A stretch of DNA of 64,000 nucleotides, from assembly GCA_020632535.1 (NCBI GenBank), contig JACKFJ010000002.1, positions 190,331 to 254,330 on the forward strand. The letters are read 5' to 3'. The translations under genes and the position numbers were made by a program. How positions within the stretch are numbered: the first letter of the stretch is position 1; every line of letters begins with the position of its first letter. Under the pieces are notes generated by a model. It did no database searches and had not been told where the DNA came from. It saw nothing but the letters and a program-made list of their open reading frames with translations. Of the stretch, positions 12,501-27,500 are shown one piece after another. The DNA comes from Candidatus Omnitrophota bacterium. Its GTDB lineage: Bacteria; Omnitrophota; Gorgyraeia; Zapsychrales; JANLHA01.

Positions 12501-15500
12501 TCTGGAGATCCACTGTTGACTCTGCCGGCATTTTAACACCATGCAATTGCGCAAAAGCGGCAGCCATAAGCGGAGTACCAGTCAATAGAACACGGTACGA
12601 TGTGTTGCTAACAACTTGCAATGCCGACATGCGAACCGATGACGGCGAAATACGAACCGCGCTATCAACAAGATTCATAACATCATTAACGGAACGAACA
12701 GGCGCACTACTTTTGAAAGCTTCTGGTGTTAATAAACGTGGAACGATTTGACGGGCAACGGCAATATGCCATGCCGACCAACGCATATTAGCAACACCCT
12801 TACCTTCAACCGTAGGAACAACAAGTTCCATCTCTCGATTGTAATCCGGATGTTTTGGATCTTGGACAGCAGTATCGACGACGGTTCTCATAATATCGTA
12901 ACCTTTTTGCAAACCACCGCGCGTCATTGTCAAGGCATCGGCAACACCATTGAGCATGGATTGTTCTTCGCTGGTGATTTCAACTTCATTCGCACGACTC
13001 TTGTCTTTTAAAGTCGTTCTTGCTTTCCATTCGCGGAATTGACCATCGACAAAATTCTTTGGATTAAATTTAGCTTCTTGATTACGTTCACTGGAATTTA
13101 AAAATTCCGGATTATTCTGTAATTCTTTCATGTATTGCGAGATGCCCTTTGCTCCGGCCTCATCAAACAAGAATCGAAAAACTGTCTTAACACCTTCCAC
13201 ACGTTTCACATCTTCAATCTTTTTAGCCAAATCACCGAAGATCATGCCCGGTTCATTAGGATACTGGTGAGCTTCGTCAAAAATACCAATACGATCGCGA
13301 CCCAAAGCATTGGCCAGTTCCGTATATCCACTCTTACCACTGGAACCAATCGCTCCCTCATGTTCTGTCTGCGCACTCAAAAGAATCGCTTCATATGCCT
13401 GCCGAGCAGTAATAATGATATCTGACTTTTTGATTTCTCCGGCGACTTCACTAGCGTTATATTTATTCGTATTACTGCTATCAAGAACAAGAACCTGAAT
13501 ATCTTTTTGACCAGCTCTCGTAATCGTATACGTTGTATAACCATTACCTTCATGGCCTTTTGCTAATTTTTTACCTTTACCATTTTCATTTGGAACCCAT
13601 CCAGTTTCAGAAACCGACATAACACCTTCTAGAGTTTGACCAATTTGACTTGATCCCGGAGCAACAAGCGTCGCTCCTTTAAGATTGCGAACACCATCAC
13701 GTCCCATCGAAACTGCCATAACTGCCATGATGGGCGCAACAAAACTGGTCTTTTTAGCGTCAGTACCGAAATAAACTAATTCGCCCGGACTCTTTAATTG
13801 TTTAAGAGCATTGGTCAAACCAATGTAAGTATCTTGGCTAGCCTGATTAAATCCTTTATTTTGCACAGCATTCTTTACCAAATCATTTAATTGGCTAGTA
13901 TATTCTAGCGTTTTTTGATCTTGGCTTGTTGTTGCAATTGACCATTCGCCTTGAGCATTTCTTTCTACGCTCATATCTTTAAATTTGGCGATAGTTTCAG
14001 ATGGTAATTGTTTAACAAGGTTATCAAACAATCGATGTTCTAGGGCAGCGATTTGGGCAATTTCACGACTGCTACGATTATTTTCATAGCGAGTCTTTGC
14101 TTCCCTATATATTGCTGGAACACTCCTTACGGTAGAGACAATACCATCTGGAGTTTCGCGCCATGCTGTATAGTTTGTAATATCCCACAAACTGACTTCT
14201 GGTTTTCTAACCGTAGCTTGTGCCTGTACAGCTTGACGGCTAAGTTGCATATACTGCGCTGTTTCGCGCAAACGACCAGTCAAAATAAATTCGTGAGCTT
14301 GAGCTTCTGTTAAAGGAGAAGATTCATAACGACGACCTTGATTGCTCGCCACCAATAAAGAAATATCTGCCTGTAAAGAGTTGCGCTTTGCTTCGGCCAT
14401 GCGAAGAGCAAGCTCGGTGTCAAGACCCGACAAAAGCCTATCTCCCGATAAATCATTTACTTCTTTGACAATGGCACGAAATTCTTCCTGATGCTGTTTC
14501 TGCTCTGGAGTTAACGTTCTCTCCATCAAAAAGTCATTCTGCTCTTCTGCAGTTTTTGCACTTGCCATGCGTTTTTCAAAACTTTGAGCGCCTTCACGGC
14601 TACCTAACGACCCACTCAAAGCAACTTCGAGAAATTTAATTTGTTCGCGCACTTGTTGAGCTAAAGCTTGATACTCAGAAGCATCTGCGCTCTTGCTGTC
14701 AGCTTGCGCTTGCAAAACTTTTTCTTCTGCTCGCAAACTTTTAAGCTCAGCCTCCATTGCTTTCACAGCGACCTTAACTTTGCTATGACGCGCGCCAAAA
14801 TCTCCGGTTAACTCTTCCGATGATCTTGCCGTGTCAGACTGCTTTAAAATTGATACTAAAATATTAAGATTGCGGGCGGCTTCTGCCGTCACTGCTTCTT
14901 TGCCAAAGAATTTATCTTGCTCAGCTAATGTCGTAGCTTTTGCCATACGATCTTGCAGGCCTTGGCTTAAGTTTAATTTTGCTGTTACAACTTCTAATTC
15001 ACCTGATAATGAACTAAGCTCGCCTGATAACTTACTTTGTTGAGAGATTAAATCAGTAAGTTCTGCTTTTTTGCTTTGTAATGCCGCGATAGATTGGGCT
15101 CTTTGAATACTATTCCCCATCCGAACACGAGATTGTCGTCTTTCAATTTCCTTTGTAACACTCGAAATTTGAGATTCTAAAGTAGCAATTTTTGAATTTA
15201 AAGTATTCACGCCTCCTACAAGTACATTTTCACGATCTTTAAGTGTACTTGTATTCTCTTGAACTTTTCTTTGACTTGCGCTCCAAGCCATTCCATCGAT
15301 TCCATTGTTTTCAAATAAAGATTTACGGGTTCCGGAATAAGCACCCACAACTTCTTCATAAGTTGTGGCATTACGTGAATACGGATGAGCAAAATAAGTT
15401 CTAGCTAGCGTCGGATCTTTCATGACGCCCTGAAGTACATCAATAAATTTATCTGCAGCTTCAAGATTTTCTTGTTTTTCGGCAATCTGGCTTACCGTTG

Positions 15501-18500
15501 TTACCTTATCTTTCATCTGAGCTAAGGCAAGAAAGGTTTTACTCAAATTCGAAAATTCTGGTAATGCACTTAAGGCCGCAGGTTTCTCTGCTTTACCATT
15601 ATTCAAAGCAACATCGTACATTTTAGACTTAACAACTTCTTGAGCTGTTGCAAGCAAACCCTCTGAAGTTCTAAGTGTCCCAGGTCGCACTGGCCCAACA
15701 AAATTGGCATTAAATTCAATCAACTTTGAAATTTGAATTTGAGCATCAGTTGACGAACCAGCACTCTTAACAATATTTTCTACTTCGGTAACAAATGAAC
15801 TATTGCTTGTGCGAGCAGCATCGACTTTTGCTGCAGTCTCATTTTTACCAATTTCCGCCGACTTAAACCAATTGGCACGATTAATCGCCATATCACCAAC
15901 TAAAGCCAAGTCTGCGCCAGACAAGTCTTTAACACCTGCGCGCGTGCCAATACTCTTGGCAACAGTATGTTCGAATTGTGCCAATCGTTGCGCAAAGTCA
16001 GACTGTGTTCTTGGCCCTTGCGCTGTTGCGAAAACATCAATAGTATCCTTAAAGGAACCGTCACCGACTGCATCTTGGAATTTTTTAACCGACAAGGCGA
16101 TTTGTGAATCTAACTGTGTCTCAACTTTAGCCAAATTCTCAACATGAGTTTTAACGTCACCTTCTGCCAAAGCTGTTCTTGTCGGCCCAGTTTCCTTTTC
16201 ACCAAAACCAAGAACTTTCTTTGCATCTTCCTCAAACTTTCTTTGATGCTCAGGGCTAATTGCATTTGCGCCAGCATAATTAGTCTTAATAAATTCATTG
16301 ATAACTCTATTGCGCCCTGCGACATCTTGTGTCTTGCTTAATTGCGTAAACAAATCAGTAAACCGTAAAAAATCACCGCGAACTTGATTGATTTCGCCGC
16401 CTGCGGCTTGATAAGCTGAATTTTGAACACTAATAGTTGTGGCTAAATCTTGTGACATAAACTCAGCGCTACGTACTCGATCAGTAACACCCAACGTTGA
16501 CGCAAACATATCAAGAATTGTTTTTTCAGTCTCTAATTTCTTTGCTTGCGCATCCGTTAATCCACCTTTTTGCAATTCGGCAGAAACTTCTTTAGTAATA
16601 AGCCCAACCTTATCACGATTACCCAACTCTGCTGCTGAAAGTTTAATGTTGTAACGCTGAGCGACTGTATTGGTAAAGGCCATATTATTGACCTTATTCA
16701 TAACAAGTCCTGTGTCATTAAATTTCTTCGAAGGCAAACCGACAAAACCAATCCAACCTAAAGCTTGCGCGACCGCTCCGTTTTCATCAAAACCGGCGAG
16801 GCCAGCCCCCTTATGAATTGCCGCAGTGGCACCCGCCATATAAAACGTACCATCCCAGAAAGCAACATTACGTCCTAATTGCGTCGTTTGAAATTTACGA
16901 ATGCCATACATAAACTCACTGGTTTTTGCCGGGTTAATCATGTTGTAAACACCCGCGATAGCTTTTGTTGCTAAACCAGACTGTGCCATCGCCATATCGA
17001 CGCTCGAAACTCTTCCTTTCATTTCATTAACTATGCCCGGCTGTTTCATACCAAAACCGATACCCGAATGCATAAAGTAACCGCTTTGCGGGGCAGCCAT
17101 ACCCGAGAAAGCCAAAGTCATTAACCCTTCTCTACTTAAAAGAGCATATTCCCTAACAGGTTGTACACCAGCTTTTTGAGCATCTTCTTCGGTATAAAAC
17201 GCGCCCTTGACTGGATCCCAAACACGCATTTTGACTTTAAGGGTCGAATCTTCACCTTTTAATTTATTAATTCCAGATTCAATCACTGAATTAGCTGCTT
17301 CAAACGAAACCGCAACAGCTGCCCATTTCTTTGCACCTTCAAAAACTGAATATTTGAGAAGATCTGCATCTTTACGAAGAGCTTCTGTTGTGACTCCACC
17401 ACGAGTCATTGTCATTAATGCGGGATTATCATAGACCTTTGTAATGGCTTTGCTGATATCAGCACCGTATTTATTAAGAGGAACGGCTGTTGTCATCAAG
17501 GCAAAAATACCGCCGACGTAAGCACCTTGACCGGCGCCGACAGCCATGCCTTGACCCCAGAAATTATTACCCGCTAATTTATCATTAACACCACCTATAG
17601 CACCGCCAATAAACGCACCAGCTACTGGATAACCCGCCCAACGAACAGCATAATTTCCTACTTTTTTAAGCGGAGTAGTATTAACAAATGGTGTGGTTAA
17701 TACTTCGGCAACACTTCGAACTCTGCCGGTTTCTTCAATAGTTCCAATTGCTTTTGCTAACCCCGATGATTTATCTGGAGCCCAAGCAAGAGCCCGACCT
17801 GAAACAAGGATTGCAGATGCGCCAGCAGAACCAATTGCAACATTAATCCCAATTTTCTTTAAGCTATCTGAGTTTAAACTATAATCTTTACTGACATATA
17901 TTTCATTCGCTAATCCCGCTATTAAATTCGTTCCACCACCAAATAAAGATGCATTGACAAGACCATATTTGTTAACTTGTAAGGCTGCAGCATCTTTACC
18001 CATAAAGATACGATTGATAAACACGCTGTCTTGTCCACGGCGCAGACCACCCTGAGCAGCCTTAGCTAATACACCACCTGATGCGGCACCTAAAAGTACA
18101 AAGCGAATATAGTCATCCGTGGTATACGTATCACCAGAAAATTTGCCCTCAATATATTTACTCGTCGGGAAAATCACAGCACCACCAACAGCACCAGCTG
18201 CTCCGGGATTAACTCTCCAACCACGTGCTGCGAGCGAACCTGTTAACATCGGAATTGAAGCAAAACCAGCACCCAGAGCAAAATTCCCAAGCACACGCGT
18301 GGAAATCATATTGTCACCAAAGCTAAATGTCTTATGATCTTTTGAATTTGCAACTTGAAAGGTATTTTCAATCACATTACCAAACGCCGTATATCCTAAG
18401 CCGCCGGCGAAAGGTTGCGCGACACGACTGAAGCCCAATGCTGATGAATATAAAGAAGTTTCAGCTTTTAATAAGTTGGCTTGTGCTAATTTGTAAGCTT

Positions 18501-21500
18501 TTACTGAATCGACAGCTATTTCTCTTGAAACTGACAACACCGGTAACGGTGATCCTGTACCCGTTCCCGCAAGTCTCGCAGCAAGTAAATCCGCTTTTGC
18601 AGCTGAGCGAGTTGATGCTACTTTAGCAACTAAAGCAGCATGGCCTTCATGCTTAAAAATATTCCATTCTTTCAATACCGCAAAATTATAAGCCCTAACA
18701 CCTATTCCAGACTTTTCAAAAGCCTGCGCAGCAAGTGGAGAGCTTAATACGCGCGCGCTCATACTAAACACACCGACAGGTAAACCGACGCTTACAAAAT
18801 TGCTGGTAAAGTTTGTCCCGACTGTACCAAAATCTAAAACACCATTTGTTTGGAATTTAGTTGGATCTGCGGCATGCTGCGCGGCGGTAATCAAATATGC
18901 AGTTCCGACACCATCAACCAAAACTCCGTCTAAAGCTGCCGGAAGAACAACGTGTTTAACAAAACCGAAGTTCGAAATACCCGAAATGCTTTCAATCTTT
19001 GCGACATTGCCGGCAAAGATAGCTCTTGTTGTTGGGAAACTAAAATCGAGAGCCTTCATCGCGGCATTTGCCATGAGTGCACCTTCAGCTCCATCAAAAC
19101 CGCCAACAGCGCCTTTTGCAATATTTGCCGCAACACCCTCCGAAGGAACAATTGCTTTGGCAACCTGCAAGTTTCCTAAAACTTTTACCTGAATCGCCTG
19201 GCTAGCCCCACGCAATGCTGCATAACCGAATAAAGCTCCTCCAGTAACCACAGCCACTTCTGTCCAATTGATATCATTCGGATGATTAAAATATTGTATC
19301 GCCCAATCACCGCCACCGGCAACGCCACCCCATATTGCAGAACTTCTCAAAAGACCGCTGGTACTCGGCGCACCAAATTTAAAAAGGCTCGGTGCAACAC
19401 CAGGAATTACCAGCGCAGCGCTCATATAAACATCCGTCATAAACTCTGTGGCAGAAACTTGTCCTAAGCGATTGCCACTATAATTCTTAAATCCTTCATT
19501 ACCCCAATCATAAGCTGTATTTGCCCAGCTATCCGGAAGAATACCGCTGGCTAAATTTGCAACAAAATGACCAGTAATTGTTTGAGAAAGATTCCCAAGA
19601 TTATTTCCCATAAGATCCAAGCTACCTACAAGTCTCGGACTATTATAAATAGCCTCTGCAATCATAGCGTCACCAGCTTTTTGATAACCATCAACTGTGG
19701 CTCTATATTCCGGATCAAAATTATAATTAGCATTTAATTTGCGAGCATCGGCAAGCAACTGATACCCGGCACCAACTAATCCTCGACCAAGATCAGCAAT
19801 CGCATACGTATCTTCCTTCTCCCGCATTGTCTTTCCGTCAAAGACCAATTGATTATATTCTTGTGAAATTACGAAAGGAGCACTTGCTGCAGATTTAGGA
19901 GCAATACCAACTGCCGCACCACCTGCTGTTTTTTGCCATTCACCCACAGCTGTATCGACAACCTTTTTAATCGCGACCCCGGCAAAAATAATGCCGCGAT
20001 CATCGAGCGTCGCATTTAAATTTGTTAAATCAATTTCTTCTGTTTTATTCCCTTTTGCGGTAAGTTCCTTTATAACAGCGTTTTTCAATGCTTGAGTCAC
20101 AACAACTTTGTTTGTTTGTTCTAATGTGCCGCCGGCCGCCTTTAATTCAACTTCAACTTCACCAAATTGCGTGGCAATAGTCATGGTCGGCTTTTTGAAT
20201 GCAATCGTTTCCACCTTAGCTTTATCACTTCCTGCCATCGAGTGTTCAACAAGATCGACACCCACCGAAACTTCTTGTTGCTTGTTACCAATTGTCACAG
20301 TGTAAAACGCTTTGCCTTGAGCAATGCCGTCTAATCTCTGACTAATAACTTGCTCGCCTGACTTGAGTGTTGTTCCGGATTTAACGACTTGCTTAGCGGC
20401 ATATTCCTTAATATCCACACCATTGATTTGCAATAATTCTGGGGAAGAAATACCTTTTTCTGTAGCCGTATACTTAACAGTTCGTGTTACAGCTTTGCCA
20501 TCGGCGCCCTTTGCGGAATATGTTTCTTTAGCCGACTGACCAGCAGGCAAGAAAACAAGGCCACCTGCATTTTGCGAATCGGCATAAAAACCACCGGCAA
20601 CCGCACTACCTTTGCTATCAACAGCAAAAGGAGAGAGGCGTTCAATCTTAAAATTACTATAATCTGTTCCGATTAATTTCAATGTTACAAAAGCCGTAAC
20701 GCCATTAGGTGTTTTGCACGTCGGACAAATGGCTTCATGGGTAGGATTAGCTTGACTTAAAAATATCGCCTGACCATTCAAATCTCTGCCGACAAAACCT
20801 TGTTCTTTTGTCCCCGCAGATGTAAATTTATAAGCATCGATAGCTTTTAGATCCGTGGCATATCCGCCAAGGCCATAATTCGAATCAAATTTTAATGTCG
20901 AAACAAAATTCTGGTGCACTTCATCATATTTATACTCGCCGACTTTACCGCCCTGACGAAGCACATTGACATAATCAATCTTGGCGCCTACCGGAACAGC
21001 GGTATCTGTGCCAGCAACAACACGGCCGCTCGCATCCATTTTGGCGTTAAAGATCGTCAAACCATTTTGCACAAGAGTTGTTCCGCCCGCGATGGTCTTA
21101 AATTCACCAAAAACAAGCGGCATATTTTTAGCAATTGTTAAATTGGCAAGATGGCCATACTGCGTAAACGAAGTCTCAACTCCGCTGTCTGTTCTAACAA
21201 CCGCTTTCTCGCCACCACCCACTCCGCCACTGCTCGGCATCAAAGAATCCATCCAACCCGCGCCACTTACTAAAAGGGCTTGTCCAATATAAGGTCTTTC
21301 CGCGCCTTCTGACGGATTGATTTTGAGTGCTTTGGCGTGTCGCAAATCACGAGCATCTAAATTTTCGGTTCCCGAAACGACGGTCTTGCCAACAAGGTAT
21401 GTATTATCAGCGTCTAAAGACTTCGCACTCTTTTTCTGATCATCTGTTAATGTGCGACCATCCACAAGTTCACCATTAAGAACAAAAATATCCTTTCGAT

Positions 21501-24500
21501 CAATGGTTGGCATTAATCTGCGGTCTCTTGCGTCTAAATCGTTACTATCCAAAGACATGACTTTTCCATTTACAGAGTAATATCTTGTGGCCTGTCCATA
21601 AAGATCCGTAATACCGTCTATGGTGTAATTCATCTTATTAGATAAACGATTAACAAGTCTTAAATCCTTAGCATCCATATTGGCATCTTCGCGATGCTCA
21701 TAAACCGGTTTTCCATTTCGATCTTTTACCACAGCTCCATTTTTATCCAAAAGAAGATATAAGCCAGCATCATCAAGATGCTTTACAAAAACTTTGCCGC
21801 TTCGTCCCGGCAAACCAGCATACATTTTATGTGTTTGATTCATCTCACGACCATCCGCAAGTACGCCGGATGAACTTGCATACATATCACCTTCGACAGA
21901 AACATTGCCGTCAGCCTTAACCATGCGATATTGCAAAGCGCCATAACTATCAGCAAAAGCACGACCAGCAATATCCATATTATGGAAGTTGCGCTTTAAA
22001 CCATTTTTATTATCGCTAAAGTTACCCTTACTTCGAAAATTACCGTCAATGTTGCCAAACAAGCAGCTACCATTTGCCGAAAATCCGATGGCGGCTAGGC
22101 GATTTTGATTAATCACATCCGTGAAATTAACTCGCTGTTTTACAAACGTGCCTTCTTTACCTTTGAGTTCCATCGAAAAAGTCAAAGGATCCGTTTTGGC
22201 GGCATTGCGAATCTGACGTCCTTCCGCGAAATAAATCGATCCCGGCGCCTGCAAGTTTACTGCAAAAAGACTATTAAAATCTGCATAAATGGCTAACTGG
22301 CTTGCAGAATACTTCATACCCTTCGGAGAACGTGTACGTAACGCTTGATTAACATCTTCTCCGACCGCAAATGTATCTTCGGCAATATTCCAAAGAGCGC
22401 GATTAACTGTTGTGCCGGTAACCTTTTCGCCATCTTTAGATTTTTTATCAGCCTTTTTATCCTTAAGACCAAGAGCTTCTTGACTTTGTGGGTTATAAAG
22501 AAGACCTTCCGTACCTAAAAACGCGATCTTGCCGCCCTTCTCGACATTCAAAGCACCGATCTTCAAATTTTGCATATTTTCAAGCGAAGTACCTTTGGCA
22601 CCTGTACGCACATAACTATCTTGACCTGCCTCAAAATCTTTATTCTGACCCGTCAAGGCTACCAAGCTGCCGCCCTTAATTCCCATACTTCCGCTTCCAT
22701 CTTCCTTCGCAAATGCTGTTAAGAATAGTTGCGCATCTACTTTGCCTTCGTGCGTGCCACCTTTACCTAAAAGTCCAAACGCTGTTAAACCGCCTTCTCC
22801 TTTATTAACAGGCATAAAATCGATAACCGTGCGACCATCTTTGCTTGTCTTATTTAATGTCATGTCCCCACTGCGGCTTGAGTTAGCCATTAAAAGCATT
22901 GCCCCGCCTTCCGGAGCCGGGAGAACGAGTTGAACTGGCGCTTTATTAAAGATGACGCGATTTTCTGAAAATGCCTGATCTAACATCGGGGATAATGTGC
23001 CACTATCGATGTTAAGCGCAACAGACAATTTGCCTTGCGCGAGATTAAAGAAAGGCATGTCCGTCCCGACTAATGTAATTTTGTCTGTAGACGTAGTGGC
23101 CGGTTTTTCGTTTGAAGAAGAACTTTTACCAAGGGCGGCAGAAAGCGTATTTAATACAGCCTCGTGTTCTGCTGGATTCTTGGCTTTTGCAAAAGCAAAT
23201 AAAAGATCCCAAACTTTTTGATCTGTATAACCCTGCAAGCTTCCCTTATTAGTAAGCGAAAGAACTGGAATAGATTGCTTTTCTTGCGGAGTAAATGTAA
23301 TTTGGCCATCTTTAATCGCGGCTTGTCCCGCGTAATATGTTCCAGAAATCAATTGATTAACGTCAATACCTTGTGCCAAAAGAAGTCTTTGCTGATCTTG
23401 CGGACCAGTTTTTAATTCAGCCAAAGCTGCATAGGCACCAGCGCCCTTGTTCCACTTAATCTGTGCGGCACCAAGGATTGCTCCACCCGTGACCTTGCCA
23501 TCAAAGCCTTTGACGATTTTGTCATTAGAAAGCGCAATCGCATAAGACACATCATTAAAGGAAACGACATTGGCCCCGTTATGATCAATACTGCTTTTAT
23601 CCGTAGAAACAATCGCATCATAAACAACACCCTTGCCGCCATCTAATGGCATAATAAGCGTGCCTTTATCGGACATCACAATAGCGCCTTCGCGCATAAT
23701 TGTCCCCGGGATAATTAATCTGGCTTCTAAATCTCTAACCGATTCTTTCGTTGTCGATTTGGCGGCTCCAATAACGATACTCGCATTGGATGTGCCGCTT
23801 ACACCAACTTGACCGGGAATATTTTCAACAAAATTTTCTTTAGACTTGAGCGTTGCAACAATAGCCTGACTAGACGGAACCAACCCCGGCGTACCATTAG
23901 CAAAAAGAACACCATGATTAAGAACGGCTCCCTGTTCTGTCATCGGAACTTGTGTCCCCGGCATTGAGATATCTAAAAGTCCAGTATTAGGATTAACAAG
24001 CAAGAGATCTTGCGAAGGCATGCCTAAGCCAGCAAAAACCGTCGGGGTCCACATTGCTTTTGCTCCCTCGGCAGATTTTTGACGATCATAAAAAACTTGT
24101 GCGACGGGATTAAGATTAAATCGATTAACAACATCAGCAGAAGCAGATTGCAAGTATCCTTTAAACGAATAATTTACCAATGAACCATCTTCTCCAAGAG
24201 TAATATTCATCGTCGATGCTTCGGAGTTTAAGGAATTTTTTAAATCTTTGCCGAAGCCTGCAATGCTAATCTTACCTTTGCTTATATCTCCGGGAGTCGA
24301 CGCGCTAAAGAACGTATCGATATTATTAATATTACTTAAAAGAGATGTGATATCTGAATTTTCTTTCTGAGAACGATCTTTAGAAAAATCGACGGCTCCA
24401 GCATACATTTTTTTAGCAAAACCTTTTGCCGCGACATTGGGATCATCCAAATATTTTCCATATCCAAAAACGCCACCCGTTCCGTCCAATATTGTTGCTC

Positions 24501-27500
24501 CACCAGCAAGCAATACTCTCTGGCGCAAAACCATCCCAGCCATGTTAAAAACATTTCCATCTTTCCCGGCAAATAATGTTTGTTTAAGATTTTTATCTGT
24601 TGAAATCGTTTGCTCAACATTAGTCCCGAACTGATTAATCTTGGAGTCGCGAATAATAAGATTAGCGTTTGCAAAACCTCTTCCATCGCTTGTCCTGTCA
24701 TACCCCATCATAAAAGATTGTGAGTTTAAAAATGGTTGTGCGCCACCAGAAAAGAGTGCGATGCGATCCGCCGGCGCTATACCAATCGCTGCCGCGGCTG
24801 ATGGAGCTAATGTTGCCGTCATTCTATAAACAAAATCTCGAATGCCTTCTGTGTTAAATAACGTTGCATTTTGCGAATTGGCAAGCTGGCCAACAGCCAT
24901 AACCTGATTCAATGGTGCCAATGCTCCAACCAAATTGACCAAGTCATCAGACGCGCCCATATTCTTAAAAGCTACGGAAGCATCTGCTCCAGCCTTAACC
25001 AACGCCATACCTGCTTCAAAGTTTTTTGCTTGCGAATTATTGACCGGAAGATCTAATTGAGTACTAAAATTCTGAAGATTAAATTGCGGGTCTTGCATAA
25101 AACGAAACTTTAACACAGTTAGAACATCTTTATCATCAACTTTACCGTCACTAAAGCCGGCTAAAAGCGGAATATTCCGAAAGGCAATATCTGTTTGAAA
25201 ACCATTGTTTAACTTGCCCTCTATAATAGAAGAAGCAAACATGCGATTAAAGATCATCGTCCCACCACCGACAACCGGAAGAACTGCTTGAAGAAGATCT
25301 GCTTTTTTAGGAATGCTTAAAAGCATGCCTAATCCTTGTCCGTCACCCAGCGCTGCGACAGCATCTTGATAAGCCTTATAATACCGTGCAGGTGCATTTG
25401 GTAATTTTTCAACAAGAGACTTATAACCTTCCCACGAAATTGTTACCGCTTTAATAAAGGAAATGGCGGTATCAATTTGATCAGCGCTCTTTCCTTCGCT
25501 GGCTAACTGTGCTCGGGCTGTTGCTTCGTCATTCGAAGTAAACTTGCCTTGAGTATTTGCAAGAAGCGTTTTAAACTCTTTGCTCTCTTCCCCGGTGAAA
25601 ACCAATTCAGCGCCTTTGCTTACTAAAAATTCTCCAAATTTTTGAGCATCAGATTTACCGATTCCCCAATAATCAATATCGCTCTGGCTAAAATTTGCTT
25701 TTGTAAATTGCACATTGCGCCACGAAGCCTCACCCTCGCCGTTGCGACTACCATAATCGACCGTTGCCTTAAAGCGATCTGACCAACCTTGCCCTCTAGC
25801 ATCATAATCATAGACCATCGGATTTTCCGACGTGCTGTGCCCAAACATCTTAAACGTCGTGTTGTCTTGTTCCATTGTTCTCACCGGACGATAAACAAAA
25901 CCTAAAGTATCACGGAAGAACACAACATCTTCAGGATCTGTGATTTTGCTCGAAACCATATATTCAAGCGCGCCCTTAACGTTTGCCAAAATTCCGCCAG
26001 AATTATAAAGATCAGGTCTTAAAAATCCGCCGGCAAGATTGGTATTAAACGTTTCAATCCAATAGTTATTTGCCCGCGCTCTATAATTGTTATCAAAAAC
26101 CGCAAGCCGTAAACCAATATCTTCTTTGCTCGCTCCCTGCGCGCGCATTGTTTTTATAATATCGTTGCGCTGTAAAGTTGTTTGCAATGAAAATCCTGTC
26201 GCCCGACTCCACTCATCCATAAACGCGGAAGCCTTCACAACACCCGGCGTGAAACTACTGCTATACGTATTTATTGCCTTTCCGCTTGCATCGTATTGGC
26301 CTTGTTCCTTCCAACCAATTTCACCCTGCGGTAACATACCAAAAAGATTATTCGGAGCGATACTTTTACCAAGGCTCACAAGTGACTCTTGAATACCATC
26401 AAGAAAATAATTTTGTTTTTGTGCCGCTTTTTCACCGCTAAACATTCCGCCATCTACCGTCAAACTGGCACTCTCAGAATCTAATGCGGAATCTTTAGCC
26501 AACCCAACACCAACAGCTGTTAATAAAAAGATTCCCATGCGCACTTTAGCAATATCGCTTGCGCTCGGCGGCTTGTTCGGGTCTTTGTACAAATGCTTTT
26601 CGGCTTTATCAACAACCATCGCGATTGCGGTACCAAATGAGTTTTGCGTACTAAGCCGAAAGAATTCCTCTTTGAAATCAATTTTCTTAGCAAACTTAAA
26701 TTTACCATCAGCAGCGTCAAATCTAATACTCCCATCCATCAAGGAAACTTCTTTTGTGCGACCAAGATCATCGATGTAAACAAATATCCCTGTTAAATTT
26801 CCTTTCTCATCTTTGTTTTCTTTAAGTAAGTTGACCTCTGGATGATATCCCAATGTCCCATTAAAGTTGTGATACAAAAGTCCAGCCAATGCACTGCCGA
26901 ACTCACCCGCTGCTTGCGACGCCAAAGTGTTGGCGCCAAAATTCTTTTTGTCTAGCTTTGACATAAGTTCACGAACAACCACACTTCCAACAACTCCAAT
27001 CAAACGACCTGTGACATTCGCATTTAATTTATCAATCGATTGCGAAAACGTATCCGCAATAAACCCTTCGTTGTATATCGACGCATCCAAAATATTCTTT
27101 TTTACGATATCGAACGAAGAATTTTTGTACGCATCAGTGGTGACATCAATCCCGGCATCAATATCCCACATTCTTGTCAAGTTAATTGCGCTCTCTGCCT
27201 CTTGTTTCGCGATATCCTTTCCTTCACGTCCCAACCCTAAAGTCTTTTTAGCTTCTTCACCAAAAAATTCAGCCGCGCCGACCAAGGCGTATTCCGCCGC
27301 GGCCGATGTCGCAATCCCAATTAAGGCCTGCTTTAACATCGGGTTCATGTTCGCACCCAATTGCTTATCTAAAAGTTTTGCTAATTTAACTTTGACATAA
27401 CCATTAATTAAGCCAATCCCTAAACTGCTCGGAAGTTTTTTAACAGCCTGATCCCATGTCAACAAAGGACCGCTCTCGCGCGCGAACATTTTCTTTAAAA

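Noticed and set aside
56-27400. Plus-strand ORFs of 60-160 aa across the left 29 kb (for example 56-541, 2396-2767, 18800-19192, 26927-27400)
   Set aside because: They are antisense shadows of the minus-strand giant frame. They have Ala/Thr/Pro/Ser-rich low-complexity translations, no SD sequences, and overlap verified coding sequence on the other strand.
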